Positions 54,743 to 63,060 of a DNA stretch of 64,000 nucleotides are shown in pieces (position 1 is the stretch's first letter; every line of letters starts with the position of its first letter). The DNA comes from an uncultured Bacteroidales bacterium (lineage in GTDB: Bacteria > Bacteroidota > Bacteroidia > Bacteroidales > F082): contig CAMYYV010000001.1 in the NCBI GenBank assembly GCA_947303625.1, positions 10,507 to 74,506 on the forward strand, read 5' to 3'. A program made the translations under genes and the position numbers. The notes below the pieces were generated by a model. That model had not been told where the DNA came from. It saw nothing but the letters and a program-made list of their open reading frames with translations, and ran no database searches.

Positions 54743-54931
54743 TCGTTGTTTCGCCATGGGGACGGAGGACTCAACTCCGCCGGTTCCAGCGGCTACTACT
54801 GGTCGCGGTCGCTCAACACGGACGACCCGTACAATGCGTGGGGTCTCAACTTCACTGCAGTATCCTGCCGCCGCCAGTACTGCTCCAGTCGCGGCAATGG
54901 CTTCACGGTGCGCCCTGTCCGTCAGAAATAG
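54743..54931 (+). pseudogene. 3' remnant of a FISUMP-like gene (C-terminal about 60 codons only)
   Basis: SLFRHGDGGLNSAGSSGYYWSRSLNTDDPYNAW...SRGNGFTVRPVRQK aligns with the C-terminus of the intact gene 55090..55935. The upstream part of ORF 54542..54931 has no counterpart and no signal peptide. Confidence 0.6.
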
Positions 54932-55033
54932 CCCTTGTTTCGTTGCCGCACACGGGCACGATTGGCAAGGGCACAAAACTTGTCGGGCGTGGGCGCCCGC
55001 GGGAGCGGGCACGAAGGCCCACGTGCGGCAAGT
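54782..55033 (+). repeat. Copy 1 of a roughly 250-bp direct repeat (gene 3' end plus a roughly 100-nt GC-rich structured tail)
   Basis: Nearly identical to 55789..56038 at both ends, with a divergent middle. The tail 54932-55033 contains GCCCTTG..CAAGGGC, TTGCCGCAC..GTGCGGCAA, CGTGGGC..GCCCACG and the GCCCGC-GGGA-GCGGGC hairpin (54995-55010). Confidence 0.85.
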
Positions 55034-55089
55034 AATTTGTCACTAAGACTAAAGAGAATCATGATGTAACCATAATAAATACTTAAAAC

Positions 55090-55935
55090 ATGAAAACAAT
55101 TAGATTATTGATTGCGACGATTGCGCTGATGTCATTGTCACAAGTAATGTACACCCAAGACGATTACGGTGAATTTCTCCAACAGGCGCGGCAATGCTTG
55201 ACTGAAGAAGGTTGCACCGATACTGAATATAACACCTATTTGGATATAGCGCATAACATAGGCATAGAGTTAGGGTGTTTTAATGAAGAATGCCAAAACG
55301 GAGGTTCGAGTGCCATAACTTTAAACAATATCTTCAATGGTCACGAGTACGTTGACCTCGGTCTGCCGAGCGGTACGCTGTGGGCCACCTGCAACGTTGG
55401 TGCTAACAACCCCGAGGACTACGGCAACTACTATGCTTGGGGCGAGACCAGCACAAAGAGCACCTACGACTATGAAAACTATAGGTATTCAACAGATACA
55501 TGGTACTACGGCACGAAACTTACCAAATACTGTGGCGTGGCAGGTTTTGGTAACAACGGGTTCACGGACAATCTGACCGCGTTGCAGAGTGGCGACGATC
55601 CCGCCACAGCCAGTTGGGGCAGCGGCTGGCAAACGCCGAGCGAGGCGCAGTGGGATGAACTGCTGGCCAACACCACCAACGAATGGACGACACGGAGTGG
55701 TAAGGCAGGTTGCCTCTTCACCTCGAAGAAGAATGGCCAGACGCTCTTCCTGCCTGCATCCGGCGGTCGCTGTGAGTTCGGCGAAGCAGGTTCCTACGGC
55801 TACTACTGGTCGAGGTCGCTCAACACCGACAACCCATACAATGCGTGGTACTTCGGATTCTTATCGAACGATTGCTACATGGGCCACTTCGACCGCAGCA
55901 ATGGCTTCACGGTGCGCCCTGTCCGTCAGAAATAG
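55090..55935 (+). CDS. Secreted FISUMP-like (Fibrobacter succinogenes major paralogous domain) protein
   Basis: 281 aa with signal peptide MKTIRLLIATIALMSLSQVMYT. Motifs GTLWATCNVGANNPEDYGNYYAWGE, GWQTPSEAQWDELL, GYYWSRSLN and NGFTVRPVRQK. Confidence 0.8.
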   Translation: MKTIRLLIATIALMSLSQVMYTQDDYGEFLQQARQCLTEEGCTDTEYNTYLDIAHNIGIELGCFNEECQNGGSSAITLNNIFNGHEYVDLGLPSGTLWATCNVGANNPEDYGNYYAWGETSTKSTYDYENYRYSTDTWYYGTKLTKYCGVAGFGNNGFTDNLTALQSGDDPATASWGSGWQTPSEAQWDELLANTTNEWTTRSGKAGCLFTSKKNGQTLFLPASGGRCEFGEAGSYGYYWSRSLNTDNPYNAWYFGFLSNDCYMGHFDRSNGFTVRPVRQK

Positions 55936-56038
55936 CCCTTGTTCCGTTGTCGCACGCGGGCGCGATTGGCAAGGGCACAAAACTTTGTCGGGCGTGGGCG
56001 CCCGCGGGAGCGGGCACGAAAGCCCACGTGCGGCAAGT
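55789..56038 (+). repeat. Copy 2 of the roughly 250-bp direct repeat
   Basis: See copy 1. The C-to-T change in the 5' strand of the TTG(C/T)CGCAC..GTGCGGCAA helix keeps pairing as G-U. Confidence 0.85.
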
Positions 56039-56176
56039 TTTGTGCGGCGTTTGCCGAAAACAGGAGAGGGTTGCGCCTCTGCTTGAAAAACAATGGTGAA
56101 CCGTGTGGCTTTTGAAGCGGTTTTGGGGTTGTGTTTTGCGTGTGTTGGGGAAACGTGATAAGGAGACGCGATAATG

Positions 56177-56198
56177 GAGACGCGATCAATCGCGTCTC
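56177..56198. repeat. Perfect palindrome GAGACGCGAT-CA-ATCGCGTCTC
   Basis: Direct reading. A half-site GGAGACGCGAT also lies just upstream (56162-56172). Confidence 0.9.
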
Positions 56199-56255
56199 TA
56201 CAAGAATGGACGTTTTTGGAGAGATGAATGTTTGAATTTTAGGTGAAACCCTGTA

Positions 56256-56278
56256 GAGACGCCGATTTATCGCGTCTC
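56256..56278. repeat. Related hairpin GAGACGC-CGATTTATC-GCGTCTC
   Basis: Direct reading. It shares CGATTTATCGCGTCTC with the next copy. Confidence 0.85.
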
Positions 56279-56302
56279 AGAAAAACAAACGAATCCAATA
56301 CC

Positions 56303-56320
56303 GCCGATTTATCGCGTCTC
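56303..56320. repeat. Third partial copy GCCGATTTATCGCGTCTC
   Basis: Direct reading. Confidence 0.8.
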
Positions 56321-56421
56321 GGAAACAAAAACAAATAACGCTGCTTCACCTGCTTTCGAGCGTCTTTTCTCCAAGATGAATCCCAACATGCTCTCTAGGT
56401 TGCTGATTTGTTCTTAATTTG

Positions 56422-56429
56422 TATATTTG
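56422..56429 (+). promoter_or_regulatory. -7 box TATATTTG
   Basis: TAnnTTTG match 42 nt upstream of the 56471 ATG. Confidence 0.4.
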
Positions 56430-56470
56430 CAAACCAAATCGAATCAAAAAAACGTAAAAACAATAAAACC

Positions 56471-57454
56471 ATGAGAAAACTGGCGTACTTGATTATTGCT
56501 TTACTAATTGTGTCATCCTGCTCATCGCCCGAGAGTGAGGGCGAGAAACTCGCGCAACGCAAAAATGAATGTGTAGAAACCTATATCAAGGAGAGGCAAA
56601 AGGCCGAATCTGCTTTCGTGAACAATTTCAATGCATCGGATTATTCATCGAGGACTGAGGCGCTGGAAGCATACGACCAGGCCATGCAGAAGGTCTTGGA
56701 TGATTACAACGCACAATGTGATGAAATCTCGGTGCAGAAGAGCAAGATTGCTGGAGAACTGGCCAACGACTATGGGAAGTTGGCCGCATTTGAATCCGCC
56801 TACGGCAGCAAACTCGATTGCGAGTTGATTGATGGGTTGGCGGATGCTATCGCGGGAACCGGCTATCCCGATGCTGTGCTGGCAAAGGTGAAGACGGTAA
56901 TGCCCGTGAAGCCAGATGCAGGCAAAATCCAAAAGGATTTGGCGGAACATCAGTTGACCGAAGGCTTTGACAGGGAAAAATGCTGGTTCAAAGAGGGTAT
57001 CCGTTGGGAACTCGCTGATTTCGACATACGAGACTTCAATATTGAGGAGGTCCTGCGTGACAATTCGAGGGAATACATTTTCGTTGCCACGATGCGTCTT
57101 GTGGGCGAATACAACACTTATAATGCCCGAGCGAAGGTGTCCTATGTGCTTCCCGATGCGGAAGATTGGAAGATAGAGTTCGTGAACTCGATGGGCGTGA
57201 CCATCGTGCCGACGCACAAATACGATGACTTGATCAGTTGTGAGATCAAAGACGACGGATGGGGCGGCGTCAATGCGCTGTTTATCACTAACAATTCTGA
57301 AATAGAATTGGGAGTGGGCGTAGAAGTTGTGGCCGGTGGCGACAAAAAACGCTATACCGTCAGTGTTACTCCAGACAAAAAATCCCAAGTGGGAGGCCTT
57401 TGGGGCGGTGGCAATGTTACCTCGTATAGGATAGAGTTTGTCGAAAGGTTTTGA
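56471..57454 (+). CDS. Hypothetical lipoprotein (327 aa)
   Basis: Start at MRKLAYLIIALLIVSSCSS (lipobox) rather than the upstream non-ATG start. No motif recognised. Confidence 0.75.
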   Translation: MRKLAYLIIALLIVSSCSSPESEGEKLAQRKNECVETYIKERQKAESAFVNNFNASDYSSRTEALEAYDQAMQKVLDDYNAQCDEISVQKSKIAGELANDYGKLAAFESAYGSKLDCELIDGLADAIAGTGYPDAVLAKVKTVMPVKPDAGKIQKDLAEHQLTEGFDREKCWFKEGIRWELADFDIRDFNIEEVLRDNSREYIFVATMRLVGEYNTYNARAKVSYVLPDAEDWKIEFVNSMGVTIVPTHKYDDLISCEIKDDGWGGVNALFITNNSEIELGVGVEVVAGGDKKRYTVSVTPDKKSQVGGLWGGGNVTSYRIEFVERF

Positions 57455-57483
57455 ATAGGATAGCATTAATAATACTTAATACA

Positions 57484-58419
57484 ATGAAAACAATAAGATT
57501 ATTGCTCGTGATAATTGCGCTGATGTCATTTTCATTTGCATCGAATGCGCAAGTAGGTAAGGCAGTTGCAAACAAGGCCAACTATCCGGGTTATAAGAAC
57601 CAAAACGGATTGTACTATCGATTCTTCACCCAGAATGGAGGCGCAACGCCTCAGGTGGGCGATGTGATGGAAGTCCATGTCGCTTGCCTGATTAATGACA
57701 CTCTTCCGCTGTTCCCAACTCAGGAAAACATGATGGGTCCCATTAAGAAACCCCAATTTGCGGGCGACCTTAACAAGGGTTTTCTCATGATGCACAAGGG
57801 CGACTCTGCCTCGTTCATTGTGAATATTGACTCGACGTTCAAGTACTTGTACGATATGCAGACGCTGCCACCTGAGTTCAAGTCTACCGATGTCATGCGA
57901 TGGGAGATTAAATTGAAGGATTTCTATCCTGAGAAGGTGTATGCCCAAAACTTTGCCAACGACATTAAGACCCGCAATGACCAACGTGCCCTTCAGCTGC
58001 AAAACGACTATCCTGAGGAGTCCGCCATGGCAGCCCTGGATTTGGCCGAATATTTTGCAAAGAACAAAATCAAGGCGAGGCGTACCGCCTCGGGCCTCTA
58101 CTATGTGGTGACCAAGCCTGGCAATGGCGAAAGGCCCGAAGTCGGTAAGCCTGTGACCGCGCACTACACGGGTAAACTGCTAGATGGTACCGTTTTTGAC
58201 TCTTCGGTCGAGCGCGACCAACCCTTCCAATTTGTGCTCGGCGTAGGCCAGGTCATCCCGGGTTGGGACGAAGGTCTGCAACTGATGTCGAAAGGGGAGA
58301 AGGGGGTGCTGTACATCCCTTATTATCTCGCCTATGGCGAAAGGGACATGGGCACAATCCCTCCGTTTTCAAACTTGATTTTTGAGATTGAATTAATTGA
58401 TTTTGAAACGTTTGAATAG
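57484..58419 (+). CDS. FKBP-type peptidyl-prolyl cis-trans isomerase (two FKBP-like modules), secreted
   Basis: Signal peptide MKTIRLLLVIIALMSFSFASNA. The C-terminal canonical FKBP motif is HYTGKLLDGTVFDSSVERDQPFQFVLGVGQVIPGWDEGLQLMSKGEKGVLYIPYYLAYG. Confidence 0.9.
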   Translation: MKTIRLLLVIIALMSFSFASNAQVGKAVANKANYPGYKNQNGLYYRFFTQNGGATPQVGDVMEVHVACLINDTLPLFPTQENMMGPIKKPQFAGDLNKGFLMMHKGDSASFIVNIDSTFKYLYDMQTLPPEFKSTDVMRWEIKLKDFYPEKVYAQNFANDIKTRNDQRALQLQNDYPEESAMAALDLAEYFAKNKIKARRTASGLYYVVTKPGNGERPEVGKPVTAHYTGKLLDGTVFDSSVERDQPFQFVLGVGQVIPGWDEGLQLMSKGEKGVLYIPYYLAYGERDMGTIPPFSNLIFEIELIDFETFE

Positions 58420-58468
58420 GTCGCGCGAAAGTGTGAATTTGCGGAGTCTTCCGCATCGGAAAATTCCG

Positions 58469-58476
58469 TAACTTTG
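58469..58476 (+). promoter_or_regulatory. -7 box TAACTTTG
   Basis: TAnnTTTG match 23 nt upstream of the 58499 ATG. Confidence 0.4.
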
Positions 58477-58498
58477 CGGCAACAATCAAAACCTGAGT

Positions 58499-60799
58499 AT
58501 GTCGGAACTGCCTGCCTTATTTTCTGACCTGGCCCTAATCCTTGTTACCGCCGGTCTTACCACCGTGATTTTCAAGTGGATGAAGCAGCCTGTTGTGCTG
58601 GGCTACATCATCGCAGGTTTCCTTATTGGACCCAATTTCGAGTGGTTCCCTGTCATCAACGACCATACGAGCGTGGAGACCTGGAGCGAAATCGGCATGG
58701 TGTTCATGCTCTTCGGCATCGGCCTCGAGTTCAGTTTCAAGAAACTGAAGAAGGTGGGAGGTACGGTAGGCGTGACGGCCATCACGGAGTTGGTGACGAT
58801 GTGCGTGGTGGGTTTCCTCCTAGGCAAGGTGCTGGGCTGGAGCCAGATGGACTGCATCTTCCTCGGCGCCATGCTCTCTATCTCGTCCACGACGATTATC
58901 GCCAAAGCCTTCGACGACATGAAACTGCACCGCGAGAAGTTCAGTGGCAACGTCATCGGCGAACTGGTGGTGGAGGATCTCGAGGCAGTGTTGCTCATGG
59001 TCTTCCTCTCCACCTTGGCGGTGAGCAAGACCTTCGACGGCATGCAGCTGGTTACCAGCATGTTGAAGCTTGGCTTCTTCCTGTTGGTTTGGTTCATCGG
59101 CGGCATCTTTATCGTGCCTACGGTGCTACGGTGGTCGCGTAAGTTCATGTCGGAGGAGACACTGACGGTGTTCGCCGTGGGCCTGTGTTTCATGATGGTC
59201 GTCTTGGCCAACGTGGCGGGCTTCTCTTCTGCCTTGGGCGCGTTCATTATGGGCTCCATCCTGGCTGAGACCTTGGAGGCCGAGATGATCCACAAGTTGA
59301 CGACACCCATCAAGAACCTGTTTGGCGCCATCTTCTTTGTCTCGGTGGGTATGATGGTCGACCCGCAGTTTTTGGTCGGCTATTGGTGGCAGATCCTTGT
59401 TGTGACATTGGTTTTGCTTCTCTTCAAGCCTCTGAGCAACGTCATAGGCCGTCTGTTGGCAGGCTTGGGACTGAAACAGGCCATCCAAGGCGGCTTCTGC
59501 TTCTGTCAGATTGGTGAGTTCTCGTTCATCATTGCCACGTTAGGCATGAGCTTCGGTGTCATCGACGACTTCTTGTATCCCATTATCGTCTCTGTTTCAA
59601 TCATCACCACGTTCATCACACCATACGCCATCAAAGCGGCCCTGCCTACCTATCGTTGGGTGAGCCGCCATTTCCCAAAGCGCTGGCTCAACCATCTGGA
59701 GAGCACCGACCGTGGCATCAAGGTGAAGAGCGGCAAGAAGGTGAGCATGGCCAATTATGTTGGGCGCCAGGTTAAGCATATTGTCATCAACTCAGCCCTC
59801 GTCATTGCGGTGCTGTTCATCTGTTTCTGGATAGGCTCTGAGGTCATCATGGATTATGTTCATGGGATTTGGGGCGCCGTCATCAGCGCGGCCATGGCCT
59901 TAGTGCTAGTCTCGCCCTTCCTTTGGGCCATCGGATTCCGGCATACCTTGGCCAAGACCACGCGTAAACTGATGGAACACAGTAAGTTCAATCAAACGGT
60001 GATTCTGGTGATCTTTATCCTGCGTTTCGTTATTGTGTGGGTGGTGGCTACCAGTATCATGCGTCATTTCTGCACTGCTGGTTTCTGGTCGGAGATAGGC
60101 ATTGGCGCACCGTATTTCCGTCTTATCAATATCGCCATAGCCCTTGTTTACACCATCATGTTGCGTGTGTTGAGTCCTGCGATGAAGTTCTACAAGCGCA
60201 TCGAGGACAACTTCCAAGGCAACCTCAACAAACGCCAGTCGATGCAGGTGTTCACCATCCCTGAGATCTTGCAGGAGAACTGCCACCTGCAGAAGATGAC
60301 ACTCAGCCCCGACAGCACCTATTCTGGCCAAATCATCAAGGATACCGACTTCCGCGACAACTACAACGTCAGCGTGGTGAGCGTGGAGCGTGGCAGGCAA
60401 GTCTTTGAGTTACCCAAGTCCGACTTCCAGCTGTTCCCGTTCGACAAAATCACCTTTGTCGGTCATGAGGACCATTTGCGGCTGTTGTTGCCTAAGGTGG
60501 AGGCTTTCGACGATGCGTTGATTCATGAGCATGAAGAAGGCGAGGTGGACCTCTATAAGGTGGAGGTGGAGCCCGATAGCGCATTGATTGGCGTGGCGTT
60601 GATGGAATCCGGCTTTGCCGACAAGTTCGATGCCATGGTGATCGCTATCGAGAGGGATGGGCAGTTCATCTTGAATCCCTCAGCACGCATAGCCTTCCAG
60701 TTGGGTGATCTGGTGTGGTTTGTGGCGCAGAAAGACAAGGCCGAATACCTGATGCACCTGCGGGCGGCGGATTTGAAAAGTGAAGATACGAACTCGTAA
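58499..60799 (+). CDS. Cation:proton antiporter (CPA2/Kef-like) with C-terminal RCK_C (TrkA-C) domains
   Basis: 766 aa. The N-terminal Na_H_exchanger-type TM bundle includes QPVVLGYIIAGFLIGP and GLEFSFKKL. The C-terminal soluble part has two TrkA-C-like modules (GQIIKDTDFRDNYNVSVVSVERG, ALIGVALMESGFADKFDAMVIAIERDG). Confidence 0.88.
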   Translation: MSELPALFSDLALILVTAGLTTVIFKWMKQPVVLGYIIAGFLIGPNFEWFPVINDHTSVETWSEIGMVFMLFGIGLEFSFKKLKKVGGTVGVTAITELVTMCVVGFLLGKVLGWSQMDCIFLGAMLSISSTTIIAKAFDDMKLHREKFSGNVIGELVVEDLEAVLLMVFLSTLAVSKTFDGMQLVTSMLKLGFFLLVWFIGGIFIVPTVLRWSRKFMSEETLTVFAVGLCFMMVVLANVAGFSSALGAFIMGSILAETLEAEMIHKLTTPIKNLFGAIFFVSVGMMVDPQFLVGYWWQILVVTLVLLLFKPLSNVIGRLLAGLGLKQAIQGGFCFCQIGEFSFIIATLGMSFGVIDDFLYPIIVSVSIITTFITPYAIKAALPTYRWVSRHFPKRWLNHLESTDRGIKVKSGKKVSMANYVGRQVKHIVINSALVIAVLFICFWIGSEVIMDYVHGIWGAVISAAMALVLVSPFLWAIGFRHTLAKTTRKLMEHSKFNQTVILVIFILRFVIVWVVATSIMRHFCTAGFWSEIGIGAPYFRLINIAIALVYTIMLRVLSPAMKFYKRIEDNFQGNLNKRQSMQVFTIPEILQENCHLQKMTLSPDSTYSGQIIKDTDFRDNYNVSVVSVERGRQVFELPKSDFQLFPFDKITFVGHEDHLRLLLPKVEAFDDALIHEHEEGEVDLYKVEVEPDSALIGVALMESGFADKFDAMVIAIERDGQFILNPSARIAFQLGDLVWFVAQKDKAEYLMHLRAADLKSEDTNS

Positions 60800-60816
60800 T
60801 AATTCAATCACAAATT

Positions 60817-60838
60817 GGGCAGACACACGGGTCTGCCC
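60817..60838. repeat. GC-rich intergenic hairpin GGGCAGAC-acacgg-GTCTGCCC
   Basis: 8-bp stem read directly, with no T-run after it. It resembles the GC-rich hairpin repeats common in Bacteroidales intergenic DNA. Confidence 0.6.
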
Positions 60839-60859
60839 CTACGAGATATTGTATAAAAA

Positions 60860-62986
60860 ATGATCGTTTGTATCGCTGAAAAACCAAGCGTCGCTCGCGA
60901 CATTGCTAAGGTGTTGGGTGCCAACACTGCTCATGAGGGCTACATGGAAGGTAATGGCTACCAGGTGACGTGGACTTTCGGCCATCTCTGCACCCTGAAA
61001 GAACCGCATGACTATACCGACCAATGGAAGGCATGGGCTTTGAGCCGTTTGCCTATGATACCACCGCGATTTGGCATTAAGCTGATTGCCGACAAAGGTG
61101 TTGAGAAACAGTTCAAGGTTATTGAGTCGTTGTTTCAAAAGGCTGACGAGATTGTGAACTGTGGCGATGCGGGGCAGGAGGGAGAACTGATTCAACGCTG
61201 GGTGATGCAGAAGGCGGCAGTGCGTTGTCCCGTGAAACGTCTATGGATTTCGTCGTTGACGGAGGAATCTATTCGCGAAGGCTTCAAGAATCTGAAAGAC
61301 CAGAACGATTATCAGTCGCTCTACGAAGCTGGATTGTCGCGTGCCATCGGGGATTGGCTTCTGGGCATGAATGCCACGCGGCTCTACACATTGAAATACG
61401 GCCAGAATCGACAAGTGCTCAGCATCGGCCGCGTGCAGACGCCCACTTTAGCATTGATTGTCAACCGGTATCATGAAATCGTGAATTTCAAGCCGGAGCA
61501 GTATTGGGTGCTTTCGACTGTATATCGCAACACGCTCTTTAATTTGATGGTTGCCGATAATGTGGATGACTCGGAAAACACCGATAGGTATCGTAACCGC
61601 ATTAAAAACGAGGAGGAGGGCCGAAAGATGCTGGAGTCAATAAGAGGCAAAGAGTTTGAGGTGACTGGAGTGCAGAAGAGAAAAGGCACAGAAGCTCCAC
61701 CGAGGCTTTACGACCTGACTTCCTTGCAGGTGGAATGCAACAAGAAATACAACATGTCGGCCGACCAGACCTTGCAGACCATACAGAGCCTCTACGAGAA
61801 GAAATACACCACCTATCCGCGTGTCGATACCACCTATCTGAGTGATGATATTTACCCCAAGTGTCCTGACATTTTGGCGAAACTCACCAACTATGCCGAG
61901 TACACGACGCCTTTGGCGGGTAAAAAGCTGCCCAAGAGCAAGAAGGTGTTCGACAACAGCAAGGTCACCGATCACCATGCCATCATCCCGACGGGCGTGG
62001 TGCCACAGGGTCTGTCGATGGCCGAACAGCAGGTCTACGACGAGGTCTGCCGCCATTTCATCGCCGTGTTCTACCCCGACTGTCAGTTTGCCACGACGAC
62101 GGTGTTGGGCAAGGTAGAGGATGTTGAGTTCAAGACCTCGGGCAAGCAGATCCTAGTGCCGGGCTGGCGCGATGTCATCAAGCCGGTGAAGCAGGAAGAA
62201 GAGAACCCTTCGACCCTTCGACAAGCTCAGGACTCAGGGACCAAGGAAGGGGAGGACGAGGAGAAGACCTTGCCCATCTTCGAGAAGGGCGAGCACGGGC
62301 CGCACCAGCCCTCTTTGGCAGAGAAGTGGACCTCACCGCCTAAGCCTTATACTGAGGCTACTTTGCTGCGTGCCATGGAGACAGCGGGCAAACTCGTTGA
62401 TGACGAGTCGCTGCGTGAGGTGATGAAAGAGAACGGCATAGGTAGGCCTTCCACGCGGGCAGCCATCATTGAGACATTGTTCAAGCGCAACTATATCAAG
62501 AAGATACGAAAGAGTCTAGAACCTACGCCTACGGGCATCGAGCTCATTGGCCTCATCCATGAGGACTTGTTGAAGAGTGCCGAGTTGACGGGTATCTGGG
62601 AGAAGAAACTCCGTGAGATAGAGCAGCACAAATACGAAGCCCGGCAGTTCCTCGACGAGCTGAAGCAGATGGTGACCGAGATTGTCACCACGGTGATGCT
62701 CGACAACAGCAACCGTCGCGTGGCTGCTGCCGTGGTTGAGCAGCCGAAGCCTAAGAAGGCGACGCCGAAAAAAGCTGCTGCGCCTAAAACCAAGAAAACC
62801 GTAGAAGGCATAGATCCCAGCCAACACACTGCCTTACGCGGGGATGACATGCCTTCTGGAACCGATCCTGATGCCATCATAGGGCAACCCTGCCCGTTGT
62901 GCGGCAAAGGCTATGTCATCAAGGGCAAGGCGGCATACGGGTGCTCCGAGTGGCGGAATGGGTGTGGATGGCGGAAGGCGTTTTGA
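60860..62986 (+). CDS. topB: DNA topoisomerase III (type IA)
   Basis: 708 aa. TOPRIM start MIVCIAEKPSVARDIAKVLG, DAGQEGELI and the active-site region YEKKYTTYPRVDTTYLS. The C-terminal zinc ribbon is CPLCGKG..CSEWRNGC. Confidence 0.9.
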   Translation: MIVCIAEKPSVARDIAKVLGANTAHEGYMEGNGYQVTWTFGHLCTLKEPHDYTDQWKAWALSRLPMIPPRFGIKLIADKGVEKQFKVIESLFQKADEIVNCGDAGQEGELIQRWVMQKAAVRCPVKRLWISSLTEESIREGFKNLKDQNDYQSLYEAGLSRAIGDWLLGMNATRLYTLKYGQNRQVLSIGRVQTPTLALIVNRYHEIVNFKPEQYWVLSTVYRNTLFNLMVADNVDDSENTDRYRNRIKNEEEGRKMLESIRGKEFEVTGVQKRKGTEAPPRLYDLTSLQVECNKKYNMSADQTLQTIQSLYEKKYTTYPRVDTTYLSDDIYPKCPDILAKLTNYAEYTTPLAGKKLPKSKKVFDNSKVTDHHAIIPTGVVPQGLSMAEQQVYDEVCRHFIAVFYPDCQFATTTVLGKVEDVEFKTSGKQILVPGWRDVIKPVKQEEENPSTLRQAQDSGTKEGEDEEKTLPIFEKGEHGPHQPSLAEKWTSPPKPYTEATLLRAMETAGKLVDDESLREVMKENGIGRPSTRAAIIETLFKRNYIKKIRKSLEPTPTGIELIGLIHEDLLKSAELTGIWEKKLREIEQHKYEARQFLDELKQMVTEIVTTVMLDNSNRRVAAAVVEQPKPKKATPKKAAAPKTKKTVEGIDPSQHTALRGDDMPSGTDPDAIIGQPCPLCGKGYVIKGKAAYGCSEWRNGCGWRKAF

Positions 62987-63060
62987 CGCTGATTATTGTG
63001 TTTATTGAAGAGAACAAAAGATACCAAATTAAGCAAGAAAAAATATTCAGGAGTATTATT

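Noticed and set aside
54782-56038. DGR (diversity-generating retroelement) template-repeat / variable-repeat pair. The two copies end C-type-lectin-like genes and are followed by a GC-rich stretch and a GNRA-loop hairpin, much like VR/IMH/hairpin targets.
   Set aside because: The differences between the copies are not confined to adenines of either copy (for example C/A, G/C and AG/TA changes), and they include a 1-codon indel. No reverse transcriptase gene lies in the window. A DGR elsewhere in the genome acting on these genes cannot be excluded, so this needs a whole-genome RT and TR search.
54726-56099. ORFs across the GC-rich repeat tails (54726..55046, 54838..55035, 55589..56086, 55845..56099).
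   Set aside because: They are Ala/Arg/Gly/Pro-rich translations that read through the stop of the real FISUMP-like frame. Their length is a by-product of high local GC.
56161-56320. Possible CRISPR array, given the repeated GAGACGCGAT/ATCGCGTCTC units.
   Set aside because: There are only three irregularly spaced, non-identical palindromic copies. There are no uniform repeat-spacer periodicity and no cas genes.
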